64,000 bases of DNA from Elusimicrobiota bacterium (GTDB taxonomy: Bacteria; Elusimicrobiota; Elusimicrobia; F11): positions 384,001 through 448,000 of the forward strand of contig JBGAON010000002.1 in assembly GCA_044221725.1 (NCBI GenBank), in the 5' to 3' direction. This document shows, piece by piece, positions 19,078 through 27,225 of this stretch (position 1 is its first letter; each line of letters opens with the position of its first letter). The translations under genes and the position numbers were made by a program. The notes under the pieces are model-generated. The model made no database searches, was not told where the DNA came from, and saw only the letters and a program-made list of their open reading frames with translations.

Positions 19078-20835
19078 ATGACAACCCAAACAGATTCCAA
19101 AGCCGAGTACCTTTACAAACTCCGTCACTCCGCGGCGCACGTGCTTGCGCAGGCGGTGAAAGAGTTATTTCCCGATACCAAACTAACGATAGGTCCGCCC
19201 ACCGACGACGGTTTCTATTACGATTTTGATAGTCCGCATCGCTTTGTCCCCGAAGATTTGGAAGCAATCGAAAAAAAGATGCGTTTCAACCTCCGCACGA
19301 ATCAAAAATTTCTTGGCCGCGAGGTTTCACGGGCCGAAGCGCGCGACTATTGGGAAAAGAAAGGCGAAAAGTTCAAAGTTGAGATCATCGACGACCTTCC
19401 GGCGGACGCAAAAATTACGCTCTACCAACACGGCGACTTCACGGATCTCTGCAAAGGGAATCACTTGGATGAAACCAAGGACATCAAGTGGTTCAAACTG
19501 ATGAAAATCGCCGGTGCGTATTGGCGTGGAGATGAGAAGCGGGAGCAGCTGCAGCGCATTTACGGAACCGTTTGGCCCACCGAACAAGAACTGAAAGATC
19601 ATCTCACGCAGATCGAAGAAGCAAAGAAACGCGATCATCGGGAGCTCGGCCCCCGTCTCGGACTGTTTTCCATTCATCCGGATGAAGTGGGAAGCGGTCT
19701 CGTTCTTTGGCATCCAAAAGGCGCGTTGGTTCGCCATCTGATTGAAAATTATTTGAAAGATTTGCATTTGAAACACGGGTACCAAATGGCCGTGTCGCCG
19801 CACATTGGGTTGTCCAATTTGTGGCAGACGAGCGGTCACTTGGGTTTCTACAAAGAGAACATGTTCGAGGCGATGAAAGTAGAGAACCAGTCGTACTTCG
19901 TTAAACCGATGACGTGCCCGTTCCATATCACGATTTACAAATCCGATCTGCACAGTTACCGCGAGCTTCCAATTCGGCTTTATGAACACGGAACGGTTTA
20001 TCGTTACGAACGCAGCGGTGTGCTGCATGGAATGTTACGTGTGCGTGGTTTCACGCAAGACGATACGCATATCTTCTGCCGCTTTGATCAACTGCAGGAA
20101 GAAATTCGAAATGTGCTATTGCTCGCGAAGCAAATCCTCAATGATTTTGGTTTCACGAACTACGAAGTGAAACTTTCGACGCGTCCCGAAAAATTTGTTG
20201 GCGAGGTGAAACATTGGGACGAAGCCGAGAAATTCTTGTCGGCGGCCATGCGCGATGCCGGATTTGCTTTCGACGTTGATCCCGGGGAAGGTACGTTTTA
20301 CGGTCCGAAGATCGATTTAAAGATCAAAGATTCGATCGGCCGGAAATGGCAGTGTTCAACGGTGCAATTGGATTTCAATTTGCCGGAACGTTTTCAAGCA
20401 ACGTACCGCAACGAAGAAGGAAAAGATACGCAGGTCATCATGATCCATCGCGCCATTTTGGGATCCATTGAAAGATTTTTCGGTATTCTCGTCGAACATT
20501 ATGCTGGCGCGTTTCCCGTGTGGCTCGCGCCCGTGCAAGTGGCGGTGCTACCGATTTCTGACAAGCAAGTTTCGTACGCCGCCGGCATTGTGAAGGCGTT
20601 AAAAGAAAAAGGCTTTCGCGCGGAGCTGCGCGCCGAAAACGAAAAGATCGGCGCCAAAATCCGAACGGCCACGTTGGAGAAAATTCCCTATATGGCGGTT
20701 GTTGGGGAGAAGGAAATGGCGGCGGGAGCGGTTGCGATCCGCACGCGATCCGGTAAAGACTTGGGTGCCATTTCGCTCGCCAAATTCGAAGAGCAACTCG
20801 CCTCAGACATCACGACCAAAGCCAGCCAACAGTAA
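19078..20835 (+). CDS. thrS: Threonyl-tRNA synthetase (lacks the N-terminal TGS domain)
   Basis: LRHSAAH editing motif, GAYWRGD, KRDHR, YRYERSG, RVRGFTQDD, FYGPKID, IHRAILGSIERF. Confidence 0.98.
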   Translation: MTTQTDSKAEYLYKLRHSAAHVLAQAVKELFPDTKLTIGPPTDDGFYYDFDSPHRFVPEDLEAIEKKMRFNLRTNQKFLGREVSRAEARDYWEKKGEKFKVEIIDDLPADAKITLYQHGDFTDLCKGNHLDETKDIKWFKLMKIAGAYWRGDEKREQLQRIYGTVWPTEQELKDHLTQIEEAKKRDHRELGPRLGLFSIHPDEVGSGLVLWHPKGALVRHLIENYLKDLHLKHGYQMAVSPHIGLSNLWQTSGHLGFYKENMFEAMKVENQSYFVKPMTCPFHITIYKSDLHSYRELPIRLYEHGTVYRYERSGVLHGMLRVRGFTQDDTHIFCRFDQLQEEIRNVLLLAKQILNDFGFTNYEVKLSTRPEKFVGEVKHWDEAEKFLSAAMRDAGFAFDVDPGEGTFYGPKIDLKIKDSIGRKWQCSTVQLDFNLPERFQATYRNEEGKDTQVIMIHRAILGSIERFFGILVEHYAGAFPVWLAPVQVAVLPISDKQVSYAAGIVKALKEKGFRAELRAENEKIGAKIRTATLEKIPYMAVVGEKEMAAGAVAIRTRSGKDLGAISLAKFEEQLASDITTKASQQ

Positions 20836-20865
20836 TACGTCGTGCCCGCCCTCGTGGGACGGCGG

Positions 20866-21771
20866 CTACAACCAGTCGGTCAAAGAGATTCCGATGCTCA
20901 GTCGATTGTTGGGATGGTTGTAATCCATCAAGCATTCACCGTATCCGTTGAAGTATTGAATGTAACCGTAGAGGACCTTTGTCATCGGAAAGCTCATGTT
21001 CGCCTCAATCGCGCCTTTGTTTCCTTTTGATCTCAGATTGTTTCGAAGCATGGCCGAATAAACAACGTGACGGTGCATGTACGCCCAGCGTAATTCTCCA
21101 TATCCATAGTACTTGTCAATGTCGGGATTATCATCCGTTTCCGTTGATTCCGGTAGGCGGTACCAGGGTTTGATATCGATGTAACTGTTCGCCCAATCAA
21201 ACAGAAAATGGGCATAGATTCGGTTCCAGCTGCGCGACAAGTGTTCTTCGCGACCGTTTGATTGGTGAACCGCGCCGATACCAATCACGCGATTATGGAA
21301 GAAACGCCCGAGTTGATTGTTCGTATCGAAATCCAAGAAGAATTCGGGTTCGTAATTCGTGTCACGAAATGGTGACGACAGCTCCTTATTATAGACCTGC
21401 CACATTGACAGCTGTGTATAACCGAAGAAGAAATGCCCGCGGCCCTGCATAATGTCCGGAATCAGGCGAATTTTAAGACTAAGTTGGAATTTTGCTTCGA
21501 GGTAATCCATTTTTTGGGTATCACCGCTCGGAAGCAATACCGGATTTGGATTTGTGTTATAGGACAACGGCAATATGTAAGTGGGCTTGTAGGGCAGAAC
21601 GAAGATTCCGTCATCTACCCAGCGGCTTAGTTTCTCCATGCGGCGATCATAAACAGTGGGCTCACTGGGAATTGCGGGCGGAACGAACAGTGCCATCATC
21701 GTGGTAGCGAAAAAAATCTTTTGGAATAGTTTTTTGCTGGTGTTGCGATTTTTGATAAGTTCCCGACCCAT
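20866..21771 (-). CDS. pldA: Outer-membrane phospholipase A1 (OMPLA)
   Basis: KFQLSLK, YTQLSMWQ, SPFRDTNYEPE, catalytic HQSNG, SRSWNR and GYGE motifs; start uncertain. Confidence 0.93.
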   Translation of the reverse strand: MGRELIKNRNTSKKLFQKIFFATTMMALFVPPAIPSEPTVYDRRMEKLSRWVDDGIFVLPYKPTYILPLSYNTNPNPVLLPSGDTQKMDYLEAKFQLSLKIRLIPDIMQGRGHFFFGYTQLSMWQVYNKELSSPFRDTNYEPEFFLDFDTNNQLGRFFHNRVIGIGAVHQSNGREEHLSRSWNRIYAHFLFDWANSYIDIKPWYRLPESTETDDNPDIDKYYGYGELRWAYMHRHVVYSAMLRNNLRSKGNKGAIEANMSFPMTKVLYGYIQYFNGYGECLMDYNHPNNRLSIGISLTDWL

Positions 21772-21835
21772 TCGTCACACACAATATTTTTTTTCCATAA
21801 ATACACCAAGAAGATAGAAAGAGGGGGACCTCCAG

Positions 21836-22441
21836 ATGAAAAGATACACATTGATGTTGTTTGTTCTCGTCACCGGCTTCGCGGCAGCCATTGCGCGCGC
21901 GGACTGGGGACATGGATTGGGCGGAGAATGCAAGACCAATACGGTCAATATCTACCAACAATCCGGTTGGGCGTGCACCGGCGCCAAGGCCGTTGTTCAG
22001 CAGACCAAAGTCGAAACACCTGCGGCGGCACCTGTTGTCGCTGCTCCGGCACAAACCGAACCGGCAAAAGTTGTCGCGGCACCGGTAGCCGTTCCGGAAA
22101 AGAAATGGGTGCTTGAAGGCGTTCAGTTTGAGTCCGGCTCGGACAAATTAAAACCGGAAAGCCAGGCATCGTTGGATAAAGCCGCGGAGATTCTGAAGGC
22201 CCATAACAATGTGACCATTGAAATCCAAGGACACACCGACAGCACGGGCAAGGCCGCGTACAACGAATCCCTTTCTCAAAAGCGTGCCCAAGCGGTCAAA
22301 AAATATTTGACCGATCAGGGTGTTTCCGAGCAACGTATGGAAGCGCGCGGATACGGCCAAGCTCTTCCGATCGCAGACAATGCCACTCCCGCCGGCCGTG
22401 CGGAAAACCGTCGAATCGAATTCAAAGTTTTGAGCCGTTAA
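21836..22441 (+). CDS. Periplasmic OmpA-like peptidoglycan-binding protein (no barrel)
   Basis: Signal peptide, Ala/Pro linker, IQGHTD, NESLSQKRA and GRAENRRIEF motifs. Confidence 0.92.
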   Translation: MKRYTLMLFVLVTGFAAAIARADWGHGLGGECKTNTVNIYQQSGWACTGAKAVVQQTKVETPAAAPVVAAPAQTEPAKVVAAPVAVPEKKWVLEGVQFESGSDKLKPESQASLDKAAEILKAHNNVTIEIQGHTDSTGKAAYNESLSQKRAQAVKKYLTDQGVSEQRMEARGYGQALPIADNATPAGRAENRRIEFKVLSR

Positions 22442-22457
22442 TTCAATTCAAACCAAT

Positions 22458-22500
22458 GGCGGTCATTCACGTATGAAAGTGAGTGACCGCCTTGTTTTTT
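22458..22500 (+). terminator. Intrinsic terminator after the OmpA-like gene
   Basis: 13-bp stem GGCGGTCATTCAC/GTGAGTGACCGCC followed by TTGTTTTTT. Confidence 0.85.
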
Positions 22501-22517
22501 GGAATGCGAATAGGCAA

Positions 22518-22546
22518 TTGACAGTCCCGTCGAGCGTTGTTACACT
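22518..22546 (+). promoter_or_regulatory. Sigma70-type promoter of infC-rpmI-rplT
   Basis: TTGACA-17 bp-TACACT with extended -10 TG. Confidence 0.8.
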
Positions 22547-22583
22547 CGCGTTCTTAATTTTTTAATAGCAACAGGAGGAGAGC

Positions 22584-23105
22584 ATCGCCAAACCGCCATT
22601 AGCCAGGATTAACCACGCCATTCGCGTACCCCAAGTTAGACTTATCAATGAACGAGGAGAGATGGTCGGAGTAAAGACCATACAAGAAGCTTTAAAAATG
22701 GCCGAAGACGCTGGCTATGATCTCATCGAAATCGCTCCAGCCGTAAGTCCACCTGTTTGCAAGCTTGGAAACTTTTCCAAGTTCCTTTACGAAAAAGAGA
22801 AAAAGTTAAAGGAAGCTCGCAAGAATCGTGGCGGCGGTCAGGTCAAAGAAATTCGGATTCGTCCGAAAATCGGCGAACACGACTTGATGGTGAAGATCAA
22901 TGCCATTACGAAGTTTTTGAAGGAACACCACAAGGTTCGCGTTAGTTTTGTTTTTATGGGCCGTGAAATGGAACACAGAGAGATCGGCCAGAAGATGCTC
23001 GAGAAGATTGAGCAGCAAGTCGATGGGGTTGGAGTTGTGGAACAACGGCCTCAGATGTACGGAAACAGAATGATCACGATTTTTGTGCCTCATTTGAAAG
23101 GATAA
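22584..23105 (+). CDS. infC: Translation initiation factor IF-3, non-canonical ATC start
   Basis: In-frame conserved RINHAIRVPQVRLI lies upstream of ATG 22662; SD AGGAGG precedes ATC at 22584; KEIRIRPKIGEHD motif. Confidence 0.95.
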   Translation: MAKPPLARINHAIRVPQVRLINERGEMVGVKTIQEALKMAEDAGYDLIEIAPAVSPPVCKLGNFSKFLYEKEKKLKEARKNRGGGQVKEIRIRPKIGEHDLMVKINAITKFLKEHHKVRVSFVFMGREMEHREIGQKMLEKIEQQVDGVGVVEQRPQMYGNRMITIFVPHLKG

Positions 23106-23109
23106 GAAA

Positions 23110-23307
23110 ATGCCAAAACTGAAGTCACATAGCGGAAGCAAAAAACGTTTTAAGATCACAGCGCGCGGAAAAGTGATGCACAAGCGCGCCGGCGCTCGAC
23201 ACTTGCTGCAAGGCATGTCGTCCAGCCGCAGCCGGCAGTTGCGTCGCCCCGATGCGTTGACGAACCAGCAAGCGCGCGTCATCAAAGCACTTTTACCCTA
23301 CGGATAG
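23110..23307 (+). CDS. rpmI: 50S ribosomal protein L35
   Basis: MPKLKSHSGSKKRFKITARGK; position after infC. Confidence 0.97.
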   Translation: MPKLKSHSGSKKRFKITARGKVMHKRAGARHLLQGMSSSRSRQLRRPDALTNQQARVIKALLPYG

Positions 23308-23313
23308 GAAAAG

Positions 23314-23394
23314 CGTCATCCTGGCAATCTTTTAGCCAGGATCCACTTAACTTAAGAATAAATGGACCCGGGATTGAGACATTCCGGGGGGACG
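23314..23394 (+). ncRNA. Putative structured cis-regulatory RNA between rpmI and rplT
   Basis: CGTC/GACG closing stem enclosing hairpins ATCCTGGC/GCCAGGAT and CCCGGGAT/ATTCCGGG. Confidence 0.4.
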
Positions 23395-23413
23395 AAATAA
23401 AAGGAAAAAAATT

Positions 23414-23779
23414 ATGAGAACAAGAAGCGTAACATACACCCGTCAACGAAAGAAAAAACATTACCGTCGCGCCAAAGGCGCCTACGCGACCAAAAAGAAT
23501 CGCTGGAGAATGGTAAAGCAACATCTGCGAAAAGTGGGTGTTTATTCGTACGTTGGACGCAAAGATCGTAAATCGGATTTCCGAAGCCTTTGGATTATGC
23601 GCATCAACGCCGCGGCCCGCGAGCTCGGTGGCTTAACATATTCGCAAATGATCAGTGGTCTCAAAGCCGCGAACATCGCCGTGGATCGCAAAATTCTTGC
23701 CGATCTCGCCGTGAACGACACGCAGTCGTTTAGCGACTTGGCCGCAATTGCCAAAGAAAACCAAAAAGCTGCCGCATAA
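23414..23779 (+). CDS. rplT: 50S ribosomal protein L20
   Basis: RKSDFRSLWIMRINAAAR and DRKILADLAV motifs. Confidence 0.97.
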   Translation: MRTRSVTYTRQRKKKHYRRAKGAYATKKNRWRMVKQHLRKVGVYSYVGRKDRKSDFRSLWIMRINAAARELGGLTYSQMISGLKAANIAVDRKILADLAVNDTQSFSDLAAIAKENQKAAA

Positions 23780-23797
23780 GGTTTCTCGTTTGGCCAC

Positions 23798-24859
23798 ATG
23801 GCCCAACCTTTGCCGGAGATAGACCTCCAATCGATTGAAAAAGACGCGCTCGATGCTCTCGAGCGCGTTTCTTCGTTGCCTGACGTTGATGCGTTGCACG
23901 CCCGTTTCTTGGGCCGCAAAGATGGTCAATTGACGTCTGTTCTGCGCAATCTCGCAACACTTCCACCCGAAGAGAAAAAGCGCGTCGGTCAGGAAGCCAA
24001 CCGTATTCGCACCGTTCTCGAGGAAAAAATCTCGGCCAAGCAAAGTTCGTTGCGAGCGGCTGCGCTTTCCGCCAATCTCGAGAAAGAACAGGTCGATCTC
24101 ACTTTGCCCGGTACGCCGGTGCAACGTGGACATTCGCATCCGATCCTCAAGACGATTCGAGAAATTACCAGCATCTTTAAAAACATCGGTTTCGATGTTG
24201 CCGAAGGTCCCGAACTTGAGAGCGATCAATTTAATTTTACCGATCTGAATATTCCCGAGAACCATCCGGCGCGCGACATGCACGACACGTTCTATCTGGA
24301 CGGGCAAAAACTTTTGTTGCGCACGCACACCTCTCCCGTCCAAATTCGTGTAATGAAAGAAACGAAGCCACCGATTCGTTTGATATCACCGGGCCGCGTG
24401 TTTCGTCACGAAGCCACCGACGCCACCCACGCTGCAATCTTTCACCAGGTTGAAGGACTGGTCGTCGCCGAAGGTGTGACTTTTGGAGACTTAAAAGGAT
24501 TGCTCACGTACTTTGCGGAGAAATATTTTGGCCCGGCGACCAAAGTTCGCTTTATGCCGAGCTACTTTCCGTTTGTTGAACCTGGTGCGCAAATGGACGT
24601 GCAATGTTTCATGTGTCACGGCTCCCGAAAGACCGGAAACGGACAGAATTGCCCGCTTTGCAAAGCGACCGGATGGATTGAAATGCTGGGCGCCGGAATG
24701 GTGCATCCGCAGGTTTTGCGAAATGTCGGTTACGACGCTGAGAAGTATACAGGTCTCGCGTTTGGCATGGGCGTGGAGCGGATTATGATGACGCGTTCGG
24801 AAATTCGGGACATTCGGTACTTTCTGGAATCTGATTTGCGTTTCTTGGAGCAGTTTTAA
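23798..24859 (+). CDS. pheS: Phenylalanyl-tRNA synthetase alpha subunit
   Basis: HPARDMHDTFY, LRTHTSPVQIR, FHQVEGL, YFPFVEP and AFGMGVER motifs. Confidence 0.98.
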   Translation: MAQPLPEIDLQSIEKDALDALERVSSLPDVDALHARFLGRKDGQLTSVLRNLATLPPEEKKRVGQEANRIRTVLEEKISAKQSSLRAAALSANLEKEQVDLTLPGTPVQRGHSHPILKTIREITSIFKNIGFDVAEGPELESDQFNFTDLNIPENHPARDMHDTFYLDGQKLLLRTHTSPVQIRVMKETKPPIRLISPGRVFRHEATDATHAAIFHQVEGLVVAEGVTFGDLKGLLTYFAEKYFGPATKVRFMPSYFPFVEPGAQMDVQCFMCHGSRKTGNGQNCPLCKATGWIEMLGAGMVHPQVLRNVGYDAEKYTGLAFGMGVERIMMTRSEIRDIRYFLESDLRFLEQF

Positions 24860-27225
24860 TGAAAGTCAGTTTTAACTGGCTTAAAGAGCTCGTGGAGCTT
24901 CCGTGGTCCGTTGAAGAAACGGCGGGCAAGCTTGCCGAATTGGGATTTCCAGTCGAGTCCATTGCAACGGTGGGTGTTTCTGTCTCGAATGTCGTGTCGG
25001 TCAAAATCGTATCGGTTGCGCGGCATCCGAACGCCGATCGGTTGCAAATTGCGCAGGTTACCGATGGAAAAAACGAGCGCACGATTGTTTGCGGCGCGCC
25101 CAATATTGCCGTGGGACAAATCGTTCCATGCGCGATGCCGGGCGCCAAACTTCCCGGCGGAATTGAAATTGTCGTTTCGAAGATTCGAGGCGTGGAGTCC
25201 AATGGCATGTTGTGCTCGGAGCGTGAGTTGGCGTTGTCCACCGAGCACGCCGGCATCCTGCAATTACCGGCCAACGCTCCGCTCGGCCGCGAAGTAAAAG
25301 AAATTTTGGGTTCCGACACTGTTCTCGATATTGAAATCACACCCAATCGTCCCGATCTTATGAGCCACATCGGCGTTGCCCGGGAACTGGCCGTGTTGGC
25401 GGGGCAGCCGCTTAGACTGCCCACGACAGCGTATAAAGCCGCGACGAAGGGAACCGTCTTCGACATAAAGATCGAGGAGCCAAAGCTTTGTTCGCGCTAC
25501 ACCGGAAAGCTCATTCATGGTGTGAAAATCGGTCCGTCTCCGTCGTGGATGGTTGAACGGCTTAAAGCTTGCGGAATTCGCTCCATCAACAATGTTGTGG
25601 ATATCACCAATTACGTGCTACTCGAATGGGGGCATCCTCTGCATGCGTTTGATGTGAAAAAAATCAAAGGCGAGAAGCTTGTTGTGCGCCGAGCGAAACC
25701 AGCGGAACGTTTTTTGGCGCTGGACGAGAAAACATACGAACTACGCCCGAACGATTTGGTGATCTCGGATGTCGAAGACGCGGTGGCGATTGCCGGTGTC
25801 ATGGGCGGACAATTAAGCGGAGTGACGAACGCAACGACCGACCTGTTGCTCGAAAGTGCCGTCTTTGATCGCGTCGCGGTGCGGGAGACATCTCGGCGCT
25901 TGGCATTGCGCAGTGAGAGTTCAATTCGTTTCGAGAAGGGAACCGATCCGGAAACGGCCGATGCGGCATCGGAGCGCGCGGCGTCGTTGATTTTGGAATT
26001 GGCCGGCGGAGCAGCGGGACGATCAACGGATGTGTATCCAGTAAAACAAAAGAAAAACACGGTCGTTCTTCGTAAAAAACGTATGAACGATTTGATAGGC
26101 GCTCCGCAGAAAGACGCGGCGGTCGCGAAAATTCTCAAATCAATGAACCTGGATCCAAAAGCGACAACCGGCGGTTGGAAATGCACGGTGCCCGCTTATC
26201 GTAAAGATTTGGTGGAAGAAGTGGATCTCATTGAAGAAGTTGTGCGCATGATCGGCTACAACAATGTCCCTACCGCGGCGTCGAGTGTGATCTTGGGAAA
26301 CATGACAAACACCTACAAAAAATGGGACGAAGGTCGACTCGTCGATTTTCTGCAGGGTTGCGGACTTACCGAGACAATTACGTCGAGCTTTTGTTTGCCA
26401 GAATTGGCGGGTCTCGCCGGCGCGCGAGCCGATCAATTGGCCATGCTCGCCAATCCGCTATCGAAAGAGGAAGCGATTCTGCGCCCAAATTTGTTGGCGA
26501 ATTTGCTTAAAGCCGTACAGCGCAATCTTAATTATCAACAAGACTCCGTGCGGCTTTTCGAGACCGGTCACGTGTTCACTAAAATTTCGGAGAGCGAGGT
26601 GCGAGAGGAAAAACGTCTGGCCGGAGTTTTGTGTGGATTCGCGACGCCAAAGGCATGGAACGCTGCGGCAAAAGAGGTGGATGTATTCGCGTTAAAAGGA
26701 ATCCTCGAAGAATTGTTTCGAGTGTTCCGCATCAAAGCGGAGTTGATTCCATCAGCGAAATCCAATTTGTTTCATCCCTATCAAGCGTTCGATATCTCCT
26801 GGCGCGGAAAGCGCGTGGGCCAAGCGGGGGTGCTGCACCCAAACATAAAACAGCAACTGGATATCACTCCGGCCTGCGCGGCCTTCGAAATCGACATGCA
26901 GATATTTCAATCGGAGTCGGTGGACAAAACGGTTCCGTTGCCACGTTATCCGTTCGTTGAACGCGATATCGCTGTCATCATCGGAAAAGAAAAGTTGTGG
27001 GCCGATATTTCTCGCACCGTTTCAAAGGCGGGTGGCGCATGGCTCAAAGATGTTTTCCCGTTCGATCTTTTTGAAGGCGGATCGCTTACGCCGGATCAAA
27101 AAAGCATCGCTTTCCGTGTCCGGCTGCAACATCCGGAACACACGCTCTCCGAATCCGAAATCACAGGCACGATTGACGCGATAAAGAACGCGCTCAAGGC
27201 CAATTGTGGCGCCCAGCTCCGCTGA
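24859..27225 (+). CDS. pheT: Phenylalanyl-tRNA synthetase beta subunit
   Basis: HPNADRL, VCGAPN, ITPNRPD, DITNYV and DLIEEV motifs; TAATG coupling with pheS. Confidence 0.98.
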   Translation: MKVSFNWLKELVELPWSVEETAGKLAELGFPVESIATVGVSVSNVVSVKIVSVARHPNADRLQIAQVTDGKNERTIVCGAPNIAVGQIVPCAMPGAKLPGGIEIVVSKIRGVESNGMLCSERELALSTEHAGILQLPANAPLGREVKEILGSDTVLDIEITPNRPDLMSHIGVARELAVLAGQPLRLPTTAYKAATKGTVFDIKIEEPKLCSRYTGKLIHGVKIGPSPSWMVERLKACGIRSINNVVDITNYVLLEWGHPLHAFDVKKIKGEKLVVRRAKPAERFLALDEKTYELRPNDLVISDVEDAVAIAGVMGGQLSGVTNATTDLLLESAVFDRVAVRETSRRLALRSESSIRFEKGTDPETADAASERAASLILELAGGAAGRSTDVYPVKQKKNTVVLRKKRMNDLIGAPQKDAAVAKILKSMNLDPKATTGGWKCTVPAYRKDLVEEVDLIEEVVRMIGYNNVPTAASSVILGNMTNTYKKWDEGRLVDFLQGCGLTETITSSFCLPELAGLAGARADQLAMLANPLSKEEAILRPNLLANLLKAVQRNLNYQQDSVRLFETGHVFTKISESEVREEKRLAGVLCGFATPKAWNAAAKEVDVFALKGILEELFRVFRIKAELIPSAKSNLFHPYQAFDISWRGKRVGQAGVLHPNIKQQLDITPACAAFEIDMQIFQSESVDKTVPLPRYPFVERDIAVIIGKEKLWADISRTVSKAGGAWLKDVFPFDLFEGGSLTPDQKSIAFRVRLQHPEHTLSESEITGTIDAIKNALKANCGAQLR

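Noticed and set aside
19020..19267. Short ORFs over tRNA-Val, and 45783-46037 over tRNA-Asn
   Set aside because: Spurious translations of tRNA genes and their flanks
23780..23797. pheS attenuator (pheM) or T-box leader
   Set aside because: Only 18 nt separate rplT and pheS
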